Both the position numbers and the translations under genes were made by a program. The notes beneath the pieces were generated by a model. It was not told the DNA's origin. It saw only the letters and a program-made list of their open reading frames with translations, and did not search any database. A stretch of DNA of 64,000 bases. Origin: Stegostoma tigrinum (Eukaryota). The stretch covers positions 7,817,464 through 7,881,463 of the forward strand of contig NC_081400.1 in assembly GCF_030684315.1 (NCBI RefSeq), read 5' to 3'. Below, piece by piece: positions 1-12,589 of this stretch (its first letter is position 1; every line of letters begins with the position of its first letter).

Positions 1-3000
1 CAGCTCAACCTTCTACTCAGCTTTGTGTCGACTACAAACTTGAACATATTGAATTGAGTTCACTCACCTAAATTATGAACATTCGTTGCTGGAGTCCAAG
101 CACAGATCTGCATGATCTGCCAACTAATCACAGCCTGCCACACTTATTTTTCCCTGCTTGTTGTTTCCTGTCTGCTGACCAGTTTCCTATCCATGTCAGT
201 CCTGCCCTTATCCCATGAGCTTTACTTTTAAATGTTAATGTTGTATGCAGGAATTTATCAAAAGCTTTCTGAAAGTCCAAGTAAACCATGTCTACTATCT
301 CTCCCTCATCGACTATCTACCAGTTTAATCCTTGAAAAAAGTTCAGTAGATTTGTCAAGCATGATTTCTATTTTGTACATTCATGCTGACTGTCTGATCC
401 TGTCTTCGAAGTGCTTTGCTATTGAATAGTTTAGAATGGACCCTAATATTTTACCCACTACTAAGTGAGGTTAATTGGTCTAAAATGTTCTGTTTTCTCT
501 CTCCAATTTCTTTTTTTAATAGTAATGTTACATTAATAAGCTTCCAATCCACAGGAAAATGTTCAACAGTGTATAGGACATTGAGAGATGACCACCAAAG
601 GATCCATTGTTTCTAGGGCGACCTTCCCTAGGTGTTCTGGGATATAAGTTATTTTGTCATGGCATTTAAATCCCATCAAATTTACCAACACCATATTGCT
701 ACTAAATTGATTTCCTTTGATTCCTCCCTCTTGTTGATCCTATGTTCCCCAAGATGTTTTATGTTATTAGTGTTATAATAATGCTTTTTTGCATCTTCCT
801 TTGGGGGCTCAGAAAAGAAGTATGCATTTAATTGGTTTTCCACTTCTGTGTTCCCCATTGTAACTTTCCCTGCTTCCTATTGTAAGGAAGAAATTCAAAC
901 ACCATACGATACCACATTATAGTCCAACAGGTTTATTTGAAAACGCGGGCTTTTTAAGTGCTACTCCTTCATCAGGTGAAGTCTATAACCAGGACCTACA
1001 ACCCCATGTCATGTGACTTCTGACTTTGTCCACCCCAGTCCAACACCAGCACTCCACATCATACTATTGTTGCCTTTGGTCTTTTTATCTTCACACACCT
1101 ATAGAAGCTTTTGCAATAAATTTATTTGCTTTCCATCAGATGACATTCGTACTCTATTTTCGTCCTCTCACTAAATCCCTATTTTCTCCTGAGTTGAAAT
1201 ATGAACTGTACCCAATTCAGGTCTGCTGCACTTTTGGGCCACTTTCTGTACTCTTTCTTTGGATCTAATACTGGCCATAATTTTCCTTGTTCGCCATGGG
1301 TCGGCCACCTTTCCAGTTTTTATTGTACAGAAATGAACAATTATTGCAGTTCCTTCATGTACTCCTTAAAAGTTTGCCATAGTCTATCAACTGCATCTCT
1401 TTATATAGTATAGTATATGGTATAGTTCCTCAATTTATTGCTTTTTATTTCAAAAATATACTTTATTCATAAAAATATCTCTTTGCATATATACATTATC
1501 ACAAATGCATCTTGGATCTGTGCGGTAGCACATATGGCTACAGAACCACAGTGGCTCAGCAGTTAGCACTGCTGCCTCGTAGTGCCTGGAACCCAGGTTC
1601 AATTCTACCCTCAGGCGACGGTCTGTGTGGAGTTTGCACATTCTCCCTGTGTCTGTGTGGGTTTCCTCTGGGTGTTCTGTTATTTCTCCCACAATCCAAA
1701 GTTGTGCAGGCTAGCTGGATTGGCCATGCTAAATTGCCTGTAGCATTCAGGGATGTGTAGATTAGGTGTGTTATAGTGGGGTGGGTCTGGGCGGGATGCT
1801 TTGAGGTTTAGTGTGGACTTGATGGGCTGAAGGGCCTGTTTCCACACTGTAGGAATTCTACAATTCTTAAACCAAAAACATCTCTTGTAATACTATATGT
1901 ACATGCATTGAGGCATGAGGAGGGTCTATTAACTGAACAGACTGCCAATTAGCTTCAGCAGGAAGTTCTCAGACAGTGGACTTTCCCACTGCACCTTGGC
2001 GACAGTAGCCTCAAGCTTTAGTGTGTCCTTCAGCACCTAGTTCTTAACTTTAGAATGGATCCCATGTCACGAAGCTGCTCAGGATGAACCTTGGCAAAAA
2101 CCACTGCATCTTTCTGCAGATTTCATTGCAAAGGCACATTCCAGCAGGAGGTGTGTGACAGTCTCTAACCCACACCGCCCCTGCAGTAATGTTCCCCAAT
2201 TTGTGAAATTTCCTTTATTTAGATTCAGGACCCTAGCCTCAACATCAATGACATCACTCTCCATCTTAATGAACAACTCTATCATATTGTAGTTACAGTT
2301 ACATTGCTAATTATTCCATTTTCACAACGGAGTTTTCAGTATAGGATGGTCGGATGACTAATTGTTTCTTCAACTAATTGATTCAGAAAACCGTCTCTTA
2401 CACACTCCAGGAATTCTTTCTCTATGACATTGTTACTGATTTGCCTTGCCCAATTCACATACAGATTAAAGTTGGCCACCATGACATCTTTACTTTCATG
2501 GCTTGCACCTCTATTTTCCTGTTTAATGTCTTTCCCAGAACTATAACTAGAATTTTGGAATCTACAACATCCACTATCGCTTTTCTGCCCTTGGTGTTGA
2601 AATTCTACCTGTACAAATTCCATTTCACCAGAGCTAAGATCCTTCCTCACTGTTGCATTTATTTGCTCTACAATCAGCAAGGCATCTCATGTTTTTTTCA
2701 GTTTTGTCGATCCTTCCACATCAACCTGTAACCATATCATACCCACTTATATCTATTTTTGCAGCTATTCTTCCACTTTATTGTGAATGGTCCACAACTT
2801 AAGACAATTTAAGACACAAGTCCTTAATTCTGATCTTCTTAACATTTTTAATCCCATTCACATTATGGCTTGAATTCTGTGCCTGTCACTTTTTTGTTTA
2901 TTTTACATTGTGTCTTATGATTCTTACTCTTGTTCCCTCATTTCTGTGGTCTCTGTACACGTGCCATTCTCCTGCTATTTTAGTTTAAAACCTCCACAAC

Positions 3001-3535
3001 TGCACTGACAAACACTCCCCTGGGACTTCTCTTCTGCTTCCTGCCACCCAGCTTGTACTGGGCCCACATCCCTCAATGCGGTCCCAATGCCCCAGGAACC
3101 TGAAACCTTCTCCTTTGCACATCTCTCCAGCCACGTATTCATCTGCTATGTTCTACTATTTCTCATCTGACTGGCATGTGGCACTGGTGGCAATCTTAAT
3201 ATCATTTTCATTGAGGTCCCATAATCTATTTGCTTCCTTACTCTCTATACTCTGCTTTTTGGACCTTGTTCTTTTATTTTTAGTATTTTTTCCTGATGTG
3301 CACTGTAACCATTCGCTGTTCACCCTCACACTTCGTAATGTTCTGTAATCATTTTCGCGACATCCTTGACTCTGTTACCTGGGAGGCTACACCTATCCTG
3401 GTGTCTCATTTGTGACAAAAGTGATGATCTATTTCTCTTACAATTGAGTCTCCAGTAATTGCAGACTTTTCAAACTTATTCCTCCTTTTCCCTACAACAG
3501 AGATTGTTGTAATGTTCTCCAGTTTGTGAAATTTC
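1..3535 (-). mobile_element. Old degraded CR1 LINE (ORF1 esterase, endonuclease and RT remnants) with nested insertions
   Basis: ITGDSIVREID (SGNH-like ORF1) at about 3406-3480; EFLECVRDGFLNQLVEE (endonuclease) in ORF 2336-2680; RT-like remnants near 200-900. Confidence 0.7.
1545..1865 (+). mobile_element. HE1-type tRNA-derived V-SINE
   Basis: A box tggctcagcag, B box ggttcaattc, V-domain tgtgtggagtttgcacattctcc, CR1-like tail cctgtttccacactgtagg. Confidence 0.85.
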
Positions 3536-3536
3536 C

Positions 3537-4125
3537 TTTGGGTGTGGCCATGGACTTTGGGCGTGGACTCAGCCTTGGCCTTCAGACATGGTCTCGGCCT
3601 TCCAGTGTGGGCTTGGCCTTCATGTTTGAATTGTTTCGCATGTACTGTGTTTCGTGTGTCCCTGGGTCTAGCAGACCTTTCCAAGGACTAGAAGGGGAGT
3701 AAGTTGTTCTGAATGGTGAGTAGGTTGCCCTGACAGTTGGTCACCCTGAGGGCCAGAAGCTTCATAAGTTTCATCAGTTGGACTCAGGTTGGCTTTTGGG
3801 TGTGGACTTGGCCTTCGGGCGTGGACTCAGCCTTGGCCTTTGTGAGTGGGCTTGGCCTTGGTCTTTGGGTGTGGACTCGGCTTTCAAGTGTGGACTCAGC
3901 CTTGTCCTTTGGGTGTGGACTCGGCTTTCAAGAGTGGACTCAGCCTTCGGGCATGGACTCGGCCTTTGGGTGGACTTGGCCTTGGCCTTTGGGCGTGGAC
4001 TCAGCCTTGGCCTTCGAGTGTGAACTCGGCCTTGGCCTTCGGGCGTGGACTCAGCCTTGGCCTTCGAGTGTGGCCAGGGCCTTAGGGCGTGGTCTTGGCC
4101 TTTGGGTGTGGGCTTGGCCTTCATG
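3537..4125. repeat. GC-rich minisatellite, about 25-bp unit (ttggccttcgggcgtggactcagcc) in two blocks
   Basis: Directly visible tandem units with 19/25-bp variants; an about 133-bp unique segment is duplicated at 3606-3739 and 4107-4240. Confidence 0.85.
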
Positions 4126-4607
4126 TTTGAATTGTTTCGCATGTACTGTGTTTAGCGTGTCCCTGGGTCTAGCAGACCTTTCCAAGGACTAGAAGGGGAG
4201 TAAGTTGTTCTGAGTGGTGTGTAGGCTGCCCCGACAGCTGTTGCCCTGAGAGTCGGACGGTGGGTAGGCCACCCTGGGGGCCAGAAGCTTCATAAGCTTC
4301 CCTGAAAACCGTCGTCACGAGAAGGCATGTCCTGGAGGTGGTCGGAAGGTGAGTTGGGGTGCGCTAAGAGCTGGAAGCTGTGTAGGGGCGGGCCTAGAAC
4401 CGGAAAGTGCATCGGGGCACCGTGTCCTGGAGATGGTTGGAACGTGAACTAGGGAGGGCCGATTGCTGGTTTGCCGGGGTGTCAGTGTTGTTTGGATGCA
4501 TTTATCTCGTCTGTACTTTTCTCTAAAGTTTTCTCTTATGGCGAATTATGGTGGGATTTGGGGTTTGTTTCAGCACCCCCATTTCCCTGTAAATTGTTGT
4601 TTGCCTT

Positions 4608-5764
4608 AGAACATAGAACATAGAACATAGAAAAGTACAGCACAGAACAGGCCCTTCAGCCCACAATGTTGTGCTGACAATTGATCCTCATGTATGCACC
4701 CTCAAATTTCTGTGACCATATACATGTCCAGCAGTCTCTTAAATGACCCCAATGACCTTGCTTCCACAACTGCTGCTGGCAATGCATTCCATGCTCTCAC
4801 AACTCTTTGTATAAAGAACCCGCCTCTGACATCCCCTCTATACGTTCCTCCAACCAGCTTAAAACTATGACCCCTCGTGCTAGCCATTTCTGCCCTGGGA
4901 AATAGTCTCTGGCTATCAACTCTACCTATGCCTCTCATTATCTTGTATACCTCAATTAGGTCCCCTCTCCTCCTCCTTTTCTCCAATGAAAAGAGACCGA
5001 GCTCAGTCAACCTCTCTTCATAAGATAAACCCTCCAGTCCAGGCAGCATCCTGGTAAACCTCCTCTGAACCCTCTCCAAAGCATCCACATCTTTCCTATA
5101 ATAGGGCGACCAGAACTGGACGCAGTATTCCAAGTGCGGTCGAACCAAAGTTTTATAGAGCTGCAACAAGATCTCACGACTCTTAAACTCAATCCCCCTG
5201 CTAATGAAAGCCAAAACACCATATGCTTTCTTAACAACCCTGTCCACTTGGGTGGCCATTTTAAGGGATCTATGTATCTGCACCCCAAGATCCCTCTGTT
5301 CCTCCACACTGCCAAGAATCCTATCCTTAATCCTGTATTCAGCTTTCAAATTCGACCTTCCAAAATGCATCACCTCGCATTTATCCAGGTTGAACTCCAT
5401 CTGCCACCTCTCAGCCCATCTCTGCATCCTGTCAATGTCCCGCTGCAGCCTACAACAGCCCTCTACACTGTCAACGACACCTCTGACCTTTGTGTTGTCT
5501 GCAAACTTGCTGACCCATCCTTCAATCCCCTCATCTAAGTCATTAATAAAAATTACAAACAGTAGAGGCCCAAGGACAGAGCCCTGTGGAACCCCACTCA
5601 GCACTGACTTCCAGGCAGAATATTTTCCTTCTACTACCACTCGCTGCCTTCTGTTGGCCAGCCAATTCTGTATCCAGACAGCTAAGTTCCCCTGTATCCC
5701 ATTCCTCCTGACCTTCTGAATGAGCCTACCATGGGGAACCTTATCAAATGCCTTACTGAAGTCC
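4608..5764 (-). mobile_element. Young 5'-truncated CR1 LINE (RT C-terminal half, 3'UTR, (TTCTATG)n tail)
   Basis: Uninterrupted ORF 4702-5790 with DFSKAFDKVPH, GVPQGSVLGPLLF, KFADNTK, LYKTLVRPHLEYC; 7-bp tail repeats at 4608-4632. Confidence 0.95.
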
Positions 5765-6089
5765 TTGTTGACTGTTTGAGTTGTTTGCATTTTTGTGTAG
5801 TTTAATAAAAGGTATAAAACAGGGGGAAAAATATAATTAGGAGATTATATCTCCTCAGGTCACCCAGGTGACTGACTCTGAGCTGGCTGGTCACAGCCAG
5901 TGAATTCTGCAGAAGTAAATAGAGGGTGATTTGGTGATGGGATACCGGTCTCTGTTCAATTATTCAACACCTGGCAATAAAACGTAAATCTGAATTAGCC
6001 GTCTGCGTGTGTCCACGTGTGTCCCTGTGTCCGTGTGTGCGGCCAACAGAGGCAGATCGTTAATGATGATGCCATCAATCCAAATGGCC

Positions 6090-6350
6090 TCAAGTCGTTG
6101 TTTGTGTGGAGTTTGCGCATTCTTCCCATGTCTGCGTGGGTTTCCTTCAGAAGTTCCAGCTTCCTTCCACAGTCCAAAGATGTGCAGGTTAAGTGGATTA
6201 GCCACAGTGTCCAGGGATGTGTCCGTTATGTAGATTCGCCAAGGTAGATGCAGGGTTGCAGGAATAGGGTAGGGTCTGGGTGTGGGTGGGATCGTTTTCG
6301 GAGAGTCAGTGTGTATTCAAATAGTCTGCTTCCATGCTGTAGGGATTCTA
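6090..6350 (+). mobile_element. HE1-type V-SINE, 5'-truncated
   Basis: V-domain and tail similar to 1545-1865. Confidence 0.75.
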
Positions 6351-7299
6351 TGATACACTGTGTGTTACAGATCGAGTCAAGCGGAGTCGGATTGTTAATC
6401 ATGCAGAGGTCTGTGCGCAATACTGATAGGTTTCAGCAGAGGGAGATTGGTAATGTTGAAAGGGTCTGTGTGTGATCGAGGTCGAGTCCAGCAGAAGTGA
6501 ATCAGACCAGCACAATGTTTTATAGGTAGAGACCAACAGAGAAGGTTGTTAATGGTGATGCATTCCACATGTGAGGTTATTCACTTTGGAAGCAGAAACA
6601 AGAAGGCAGATTACGACTTGAATGGCTGGAAGTTGGGAGAGGATCCACGCAGTCTTTTTTTTGGTTAATGGAGGAGGATGGGTGGGAGACACAACATGTG
6701 TAGTGTTGTGGGTTTAGCCAATGCCCAGTCGTATTTGGTCATCTTTTTGGAGGAGGGATGCTCTTGCTCTTGAGGGAGTTCAGTGAAGGTTTACCAGGCT
6801 GATTTCGGGGATTGCGGGACTGACGTATGAGGAGAGATTGACTAGCTGAAGCTTATTTTTTGCTGGAGCTCGAACTAATGAGGGGTGATCTCACAGGGAC
6901 TTAAAAAATTCTAACAGGTCTAGACAGAGTAGATGCAAGGAGGATGTTCCTGATGGTGGGTGTGTCCAAAATCAGGAGTCAGATTCTGAGGATTCGAGAT
7001 AGGCCTTTTGGGATGGAGATGAAGAGCCCTCTACAGAAAGGAATGTGAGCACCACCCACAATCTCTTTTCAAATTCACTTGCTTTGATTTTCAGATCCTT
7101 ACATCTGTCCAGATATGGAAAATAAAGGCTTGTTTTTGCATAAGGAGCTCTTGCAGGTTCTATAAATCATCTTGTGTCAATGATTCCAGTTGACTTCCTT
7201 TTTCTGGGGATGAGGTGTGAGTTTCATTGAGTCCGACCTCTTCTATGTTTTCCCCTCAAACTACTAACTCAGATTTTTCCTTCTCAGTTGGACACTGCC

Positions 7300-9230
7300 T
7301 CTCCCACTTTCATCTCAAACCACATGATCAAGTGTGGGTGGCTCATGGGCATGTAACTCCAGTGGAGGGGGGTGGGGTTTGCTGAGTGAGGCATATGAAG
7401 CCTCAAGAAGGGAAGTGGCCCTCACCACAGTGGCCAAAATTCCTTGAACCTGCACTTGGTAACTGTTCAGCATGGTAGGGCTAATCGCCCAAAGCGCCCC
7501 CTTATTCACAAGTTGATTGATGTTGTTGCCAATTCTCTGTCCCAAGACTTGGTCCCACTGTATTATAAATCTGCATTTATCACCTCTCTCTACTCAAAAG
7601 GGTGACAGTGAGAAGAGACTGAGAGGGATTCTGGGAGAATTCAGCTTGGAAACCACAACTGAGAAGGGGATCACTGACGACCTAGTCCTTAACAGGTGGA
7701 TAAATCTTCAAAAAAGGCTTTGAAGTGACTTGAGGAGGAATCTCAAACAATGGGTGGGAATCAGAAGGATTCCCTGTTGGATCCAGAGTCAGGTGGGACT
7801 TCCTACTCTTCCCTGCCTTGTTTTTTATTTTTTATAGAGTCCTTTGCTGAGTGCGTCAGGAGTGAAGTAAGCCTGAGAGGGGTGACTATTCCAAGCAGCA
7901 AAGGCCCGCAGGTCAAAGCTTCCCTGTGCATGCATGACATCACCATTTTCTGCTCAGATCTGTAGTTAGTGTGCAGATCCATGAGTATCTGTGGCCAGTT
8001 CGAACTAGCCTTGGGAGCCAAAGTGAATCAACGCAAGAGTGAGGCCATGTTCTTTGGGAACTGGGCTAACCAATCCTTAATCCCCTTCACTGTCAGGACA
8101 GATTACCTGAAAGCGAAGGCAATGCAGTTCAGAGGGTCAGGGTGTGTGCAAAACCTTTGGAGGAGAACATCGCCAACGTGAGGCAGAATCTGCGCTTTTG
8201 CGTGCACTGATCCTCTCCAGTGCAGGTAAAAACCTGTCATTAGATGTGAGGTACTCTCTCTGTTGTTGTACGTGTTGGAAGTCTCATTCCCCGAACCCGC
8301 ATTGTTGCAGTCGTCCAAGCCACCTTCCACGTCATGTGCAGGCCTAAGATGGACTGTGCCCACGGCAAAACCATATGCAAACCTCTGGATAAGGGGGGAA
8401 AAATGCACCCAATGCTGCCCTCATCCTGTTAGCCACCATCATGTGTGGCTACATCAAGATGTGTGTAGACCCTTGGGATGCAAACACCCAGTGTCACCAT
8501 GTACTGAGGTTCTACCTGTCCCCAGCATTGTGAAGGATGAAACTGGCCTTGTTGCTGTGGAATGCTCCAAGTAGTTGGATTGCTCTGTATCATCTGCCCT
8601 TCATGTAAAAATGTGCAAAAAAAAGCACCTTTGACCACAAGTCCGTTTGGAAGCGGTCGGCATGCAGTATCCTTGAAACCCTGCAGGAGAGGGTGGATTC
8701 TGTCGGATTGTTCCCTGAGCAGACTGTCAATGTCATTTGGCAGAATGCCTCACCACCAGATCTTTCCAACAAGCACCAAGACATCACTTGGCAGGTGATG
8801 AGAGGGCACTACCTGTGAGATTCTTCTTGTCTGCCCTTGAAGCAGCTTTGAGGAGGTAGACACTATCACACAGCTCCTCTGGAATGTGCCTTTGCAAAGG
8901 AAGTCTGAAGAAAGATGCAGTTGAGGTTGTTGAGGTTCATCCTGAGCAGCTCTGTGATGCTGTACGGTCTGTTCCACAGGATGCACACCGAGACAAAAAT
9001 TGACTGTTCCTGAGGACCATCAACTCAGTGAAAGACGTACTTTGATCTGCCAGAAACCTGTTGGTCTTCCAGACCAAAGAGCTGGCCCCAACTGAGTGTT
9101 GCAGCCAGACATATTCCAATGTCCAGGATATGTGCTGAGGGGCCCACTAAAGCTAGGGGCAGCTGCGCCAAGGTGGGGAAAGACAACTTTCTGCTAAAGT
9201 TAAATGGGGATCCATTCAGTTATCTGACCC
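7300..9230 (+). mobile_element. Degraded L1/Tx1-clade LINE ORF2 fragment
   Basis: LCMHDITIFCSD (YxDD variant), GAKVNQRKSEAMFFGNW, C-terminal H..ECxFA zinc-knuckle remnant; a related 3' fragment lies on the minus strand at about 1870-2180. Confidence 0.7.
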
Positions 9231-9719
9231 TCCTAGTGACCCAATATATGTAAATATAATCTTGTACAAGCAAGAAATGCTACGAATTTGTTTGCTGGAC
9301 AGAGTCAAGCTCTAACTACCCATTCTGTCAGAATTTCAGTTGTTTAGCAGCCCTCAAAAATAGATGAGAGACAAATGGCTCCATGTCAACTGCACTAGTG
9401 GATATTAAGGGGAGAGATATCATTTAATAGGGGACATAGGTTTAAGGTAGTGGGGGGAAAGTTAATAGGAAAGTTTATAACAGATGTGAGGGATAGGTTT
9501 TCTACACAGAGGGTGGTAAATGTTTTTCCATAGGATGTGGTGGAAGCAGATACAATAGCAACTTTTAAGAGGCATCTTTATGGAAGAAATGAATAGGCAG
9601 GAATAGAGGGATAAGGGCCCCGTAGACGCAATTGACATTTAGCTGAGAAAGGCATAATGTTTTGCAGACTTGGTGGGCTTAAGGGCCATGTTCCTGTGTT
9701 GTACTTTCCTTTGCTCTTT

Positions 9720-10369
9720 GCTTTTGCAAGCAACTCCCCAGTTCTCAACTTTGGCACAATGACTGCATTCGCAGCCATGCAACCATAGACACCCCTCCAG
9801 CTTTTTGCCCCTCTGTATGAAATTCTTCCTGCGCTTATCTTTGTCCAGCAACCTGCAAGAACCTCATTAAGAAGGGATGATCTTTCCAGGAACTTGAGGT
9901 CTCCTTTTACTTCTTTACTTTCCAGATCCAAATCTAACTTAACCAAATGGTAATTATACAATGTAAACACAGTCTCGCTAAACAGCTTTTTATCTGCTTT
10001 AACATCAATTAATTTCATCAAGAATTTGGCTTTTACTTCAGAGTAGCAATTTTCTTCCAGCGACTTAAGCTATTGATTTATTGTATCTGCAGTTATGCAA
10101 TTTCAGTTCAAGCCACGAATGGCATAAAGAGACATAAATAATCACCAAATAGTGGGCTTCTTGCAGCTTCGTGGTTGTGGTAGACAAGCAGAGCAGGAAT
10201 TAAATTCGTAAAATTCACCCAGTTTCAAAATAGAATGTTGCCCATTGTTTAACAGGCAACGATATGTACAATTTGGGATTTTCATGTTGTTATATTGTGC
10301 GTTGGGAAGACCACATTTGCAGCACTGTTCAGTTTTGGCATTGTAATCGAAGAAAACATGTAAATCCAT
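9720..10369 (-). pseudogene. Orphan decayed ORF (about 215 codons, 3 in-frame stops): Cys-rich region plus possible winged-helix C-terminus; origin unknown
   Basis: ORFs 10142-10369 and 9578-10021 are in the same frame; no match to the surrounding TE classes. Confidence 0.4.
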
Positions 10370-10839
10370 TCAAAGTAGTTCAGAAAAAGGAATTGAGCAG
10401 CGGCTTTGGCTGGGGCCAGTGATGTTATCTCGGAGGAAGTTTTCGGCAGGCAGGTTTTGTACACATTCGGTTCAGAAAAATGAGAGCGAGGAGTCTGACT
10501 GATGTTTGAATGACACAGAAGGTACTCAATATTTTTGACACTGAGAAGATGTTGGCCCAGTGCGTATGGTTAGGAGGAGCCTTTTAAAATGGCTCTCTCC
10601 AATTTCAGACAGAAGTGGGGAGGATAATTTCTCTCTCAGAGAGGTGTCCCTTGCGGAATTCTGCTCCCCAGAGAAAGGTGGATCTGAGTCCATACAACCA
10701 AAGAAATGAAAGGGGCCATTTGGCCGATCCAGATGAAAAGCTGTTTAGTGAGGTTGTGTTTACATTGTATAATTACCGTTTGGTTGTTAGATTTGGATCT
10801 GGAAAGTAAAGTGATCGGGGACCCATGGACACCCATATG

Positions 10840-12030
10840 CCCTTTCTAATCCCATTTTCCTGCACCTGGCCTGTATCCCGACAGGTCACAACACTTAATG
10901 TGCAGATTCTGGCATTTTTTGGAAGCGTTTTGAGCTCCATCTCCACCGACTCAGATAGTGAATTCCATACAATCTCTGTGAAACCGTTCTACCGCATCTC
11001 CCCTCTGTACCCCCGGACACTTAGGTTGAATCTATGACCCTGGCTTTTAATTCTGTACCAAGGGAAACAGATTCCTCCTGTCTACTCCACCTGTACCCCT
11101 CAATTTTGTGTGCCTCAATCATGTGACTCCTTTGCCATCTCTGTTCCAAGGAACACAACCCAACCTCTGTAATCTCTCCTTTGCAGCTGCAATTCTCCAG
11201 CCCTGGCAACGTTCCGTTAACTAAGGTTTTGAGTACATTTGTAGATAGGTTTGTGGTTGGTTGGCACGCTGAGCTGGTTCGTTGTTCTGGAGACATTTGC
11301 AGCCCTGATGCTGTAACCCAGCAAGGTAATGAAACGTCTGCAGAACAATGAACCAGCTCAGCGAGCCAACCAACCGCAGCATTCTCGTAAATCTTCTGTC
11401 CACTCACGCCAGAACCTCACTCAATATGAGACTTGTGGCCTCACTGGTGTCTTATACAGTTCAGAAGTCACACGACACCAGGTTTATTTGAAATCACGAG
11501 GCTTCTAAGTGCTGAGCCTTCGTTACATGACATGTATACAGTTGCACAGTGTCATCATTATACCCATACTTTTGTATTCTATACCTCTGTCAATGAAGGG
11601 GAATATTTCATTTACTTTCTTAACAACTTTATCTATATGCTATCTTTAGGGACCTGTCCACCTGAACACCAAATCTCTCACTTCATCTACTCCTCTCTAT
11701 ATATTCTCATTTATAGCGTATTCTCTTTCACTGTTGGTCCTCCCTGAAGGCATGACCTTACACTTCTCAGAGTTGGACACCATCTGCTACATCCCTGCAC
11801 CCTGCCAATCCACCTAAGACATTTTGGAGCTTACCGTTATCCTCTACACTATCGCCCACACAACCGAGTTTTGTGTCGACTGCAGACTTCCCAATTGTGT
11901 CCGCCATATGCAAGTCTAAATCGTTAATATATAAAACAAGCAGTAGACATCCCAACTTTGACCCCTGCAGCACACCACTCGAAACAGCTTTCAATTCAGA
12001 AGAGCAGCCGTCGACCATTATCTCTCTGAT
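10840..12030 (-). mobile_element. Degraded CR1 RT fragment with nested Penelope-derived palindrome
   Basis: SGVLQGSKLG..LYINDLD in ORF 11767-12018. Confidence 0.75.
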
Positions 12031-12589
12031 TTCTTTTTTAGCTGCATCCTCATACTTTGAGAAACCTCCTTACTCCAGACAGTCTTTCACAGTAGAGTAA
12101 CTCCTCCCCCAACACACCCCCAAATTCTGCTCCAAATCCTTCTCCCATAACAGTGGCGGTTGTATGTCAGCCAACCGGCTGACTGATGTGTCAATAACTC
12201 TCATTAGAGGATCATCCTGGGACCCTGAATGTTTCCCCAACCACAGTATCCTTTTGTTTAGACGCTGTTGGCAGCACCGAATGTATTGCTAGGCTGAAAA
12301 TTCTGAATGGGGTCTTTAAATCTGATCAACATGATTATGAGAAGGCACATGTATTCCAATATGTAGCTAATTTATTGGGTTAAAATACTTCATACAGAGG
12401 TGAATTAATAAATATTACTTTATTCTATCGATGCATATATCATAAAGTTATAAAATTAAAGTTCCGCAACTGTTGTGCAAGTCTCGCACCTCCTTTCTAT
12501 TCATCTGGGACTTTGAAGTAGCAGCACTTGGAGCTCTATGTCAGATCCCACAGCGCCGGTCATGTGAAGCTCAGCCAATGGCTTGAACA

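Noticed and set aside
1545-1620. tRNA-like A/B boxes (also at 57280-57350)
   Set aside because: They are SINE heads continuing into V-domain and tail, not tRNA genes.
3537-4125. CRISPR-like appearance of the 25-bp repeats
   Set aside because: Units are contiguous without unique spacers, the context is eukaryotic, and there are no cas genes.
5007-5719. Long antisense/alternate-frame ORFs over CR1 and Penelope copies (also 55335-55979 and 59292-59660)
   Set aside because: Shadow ORFs of retroelement RT coding sequence.
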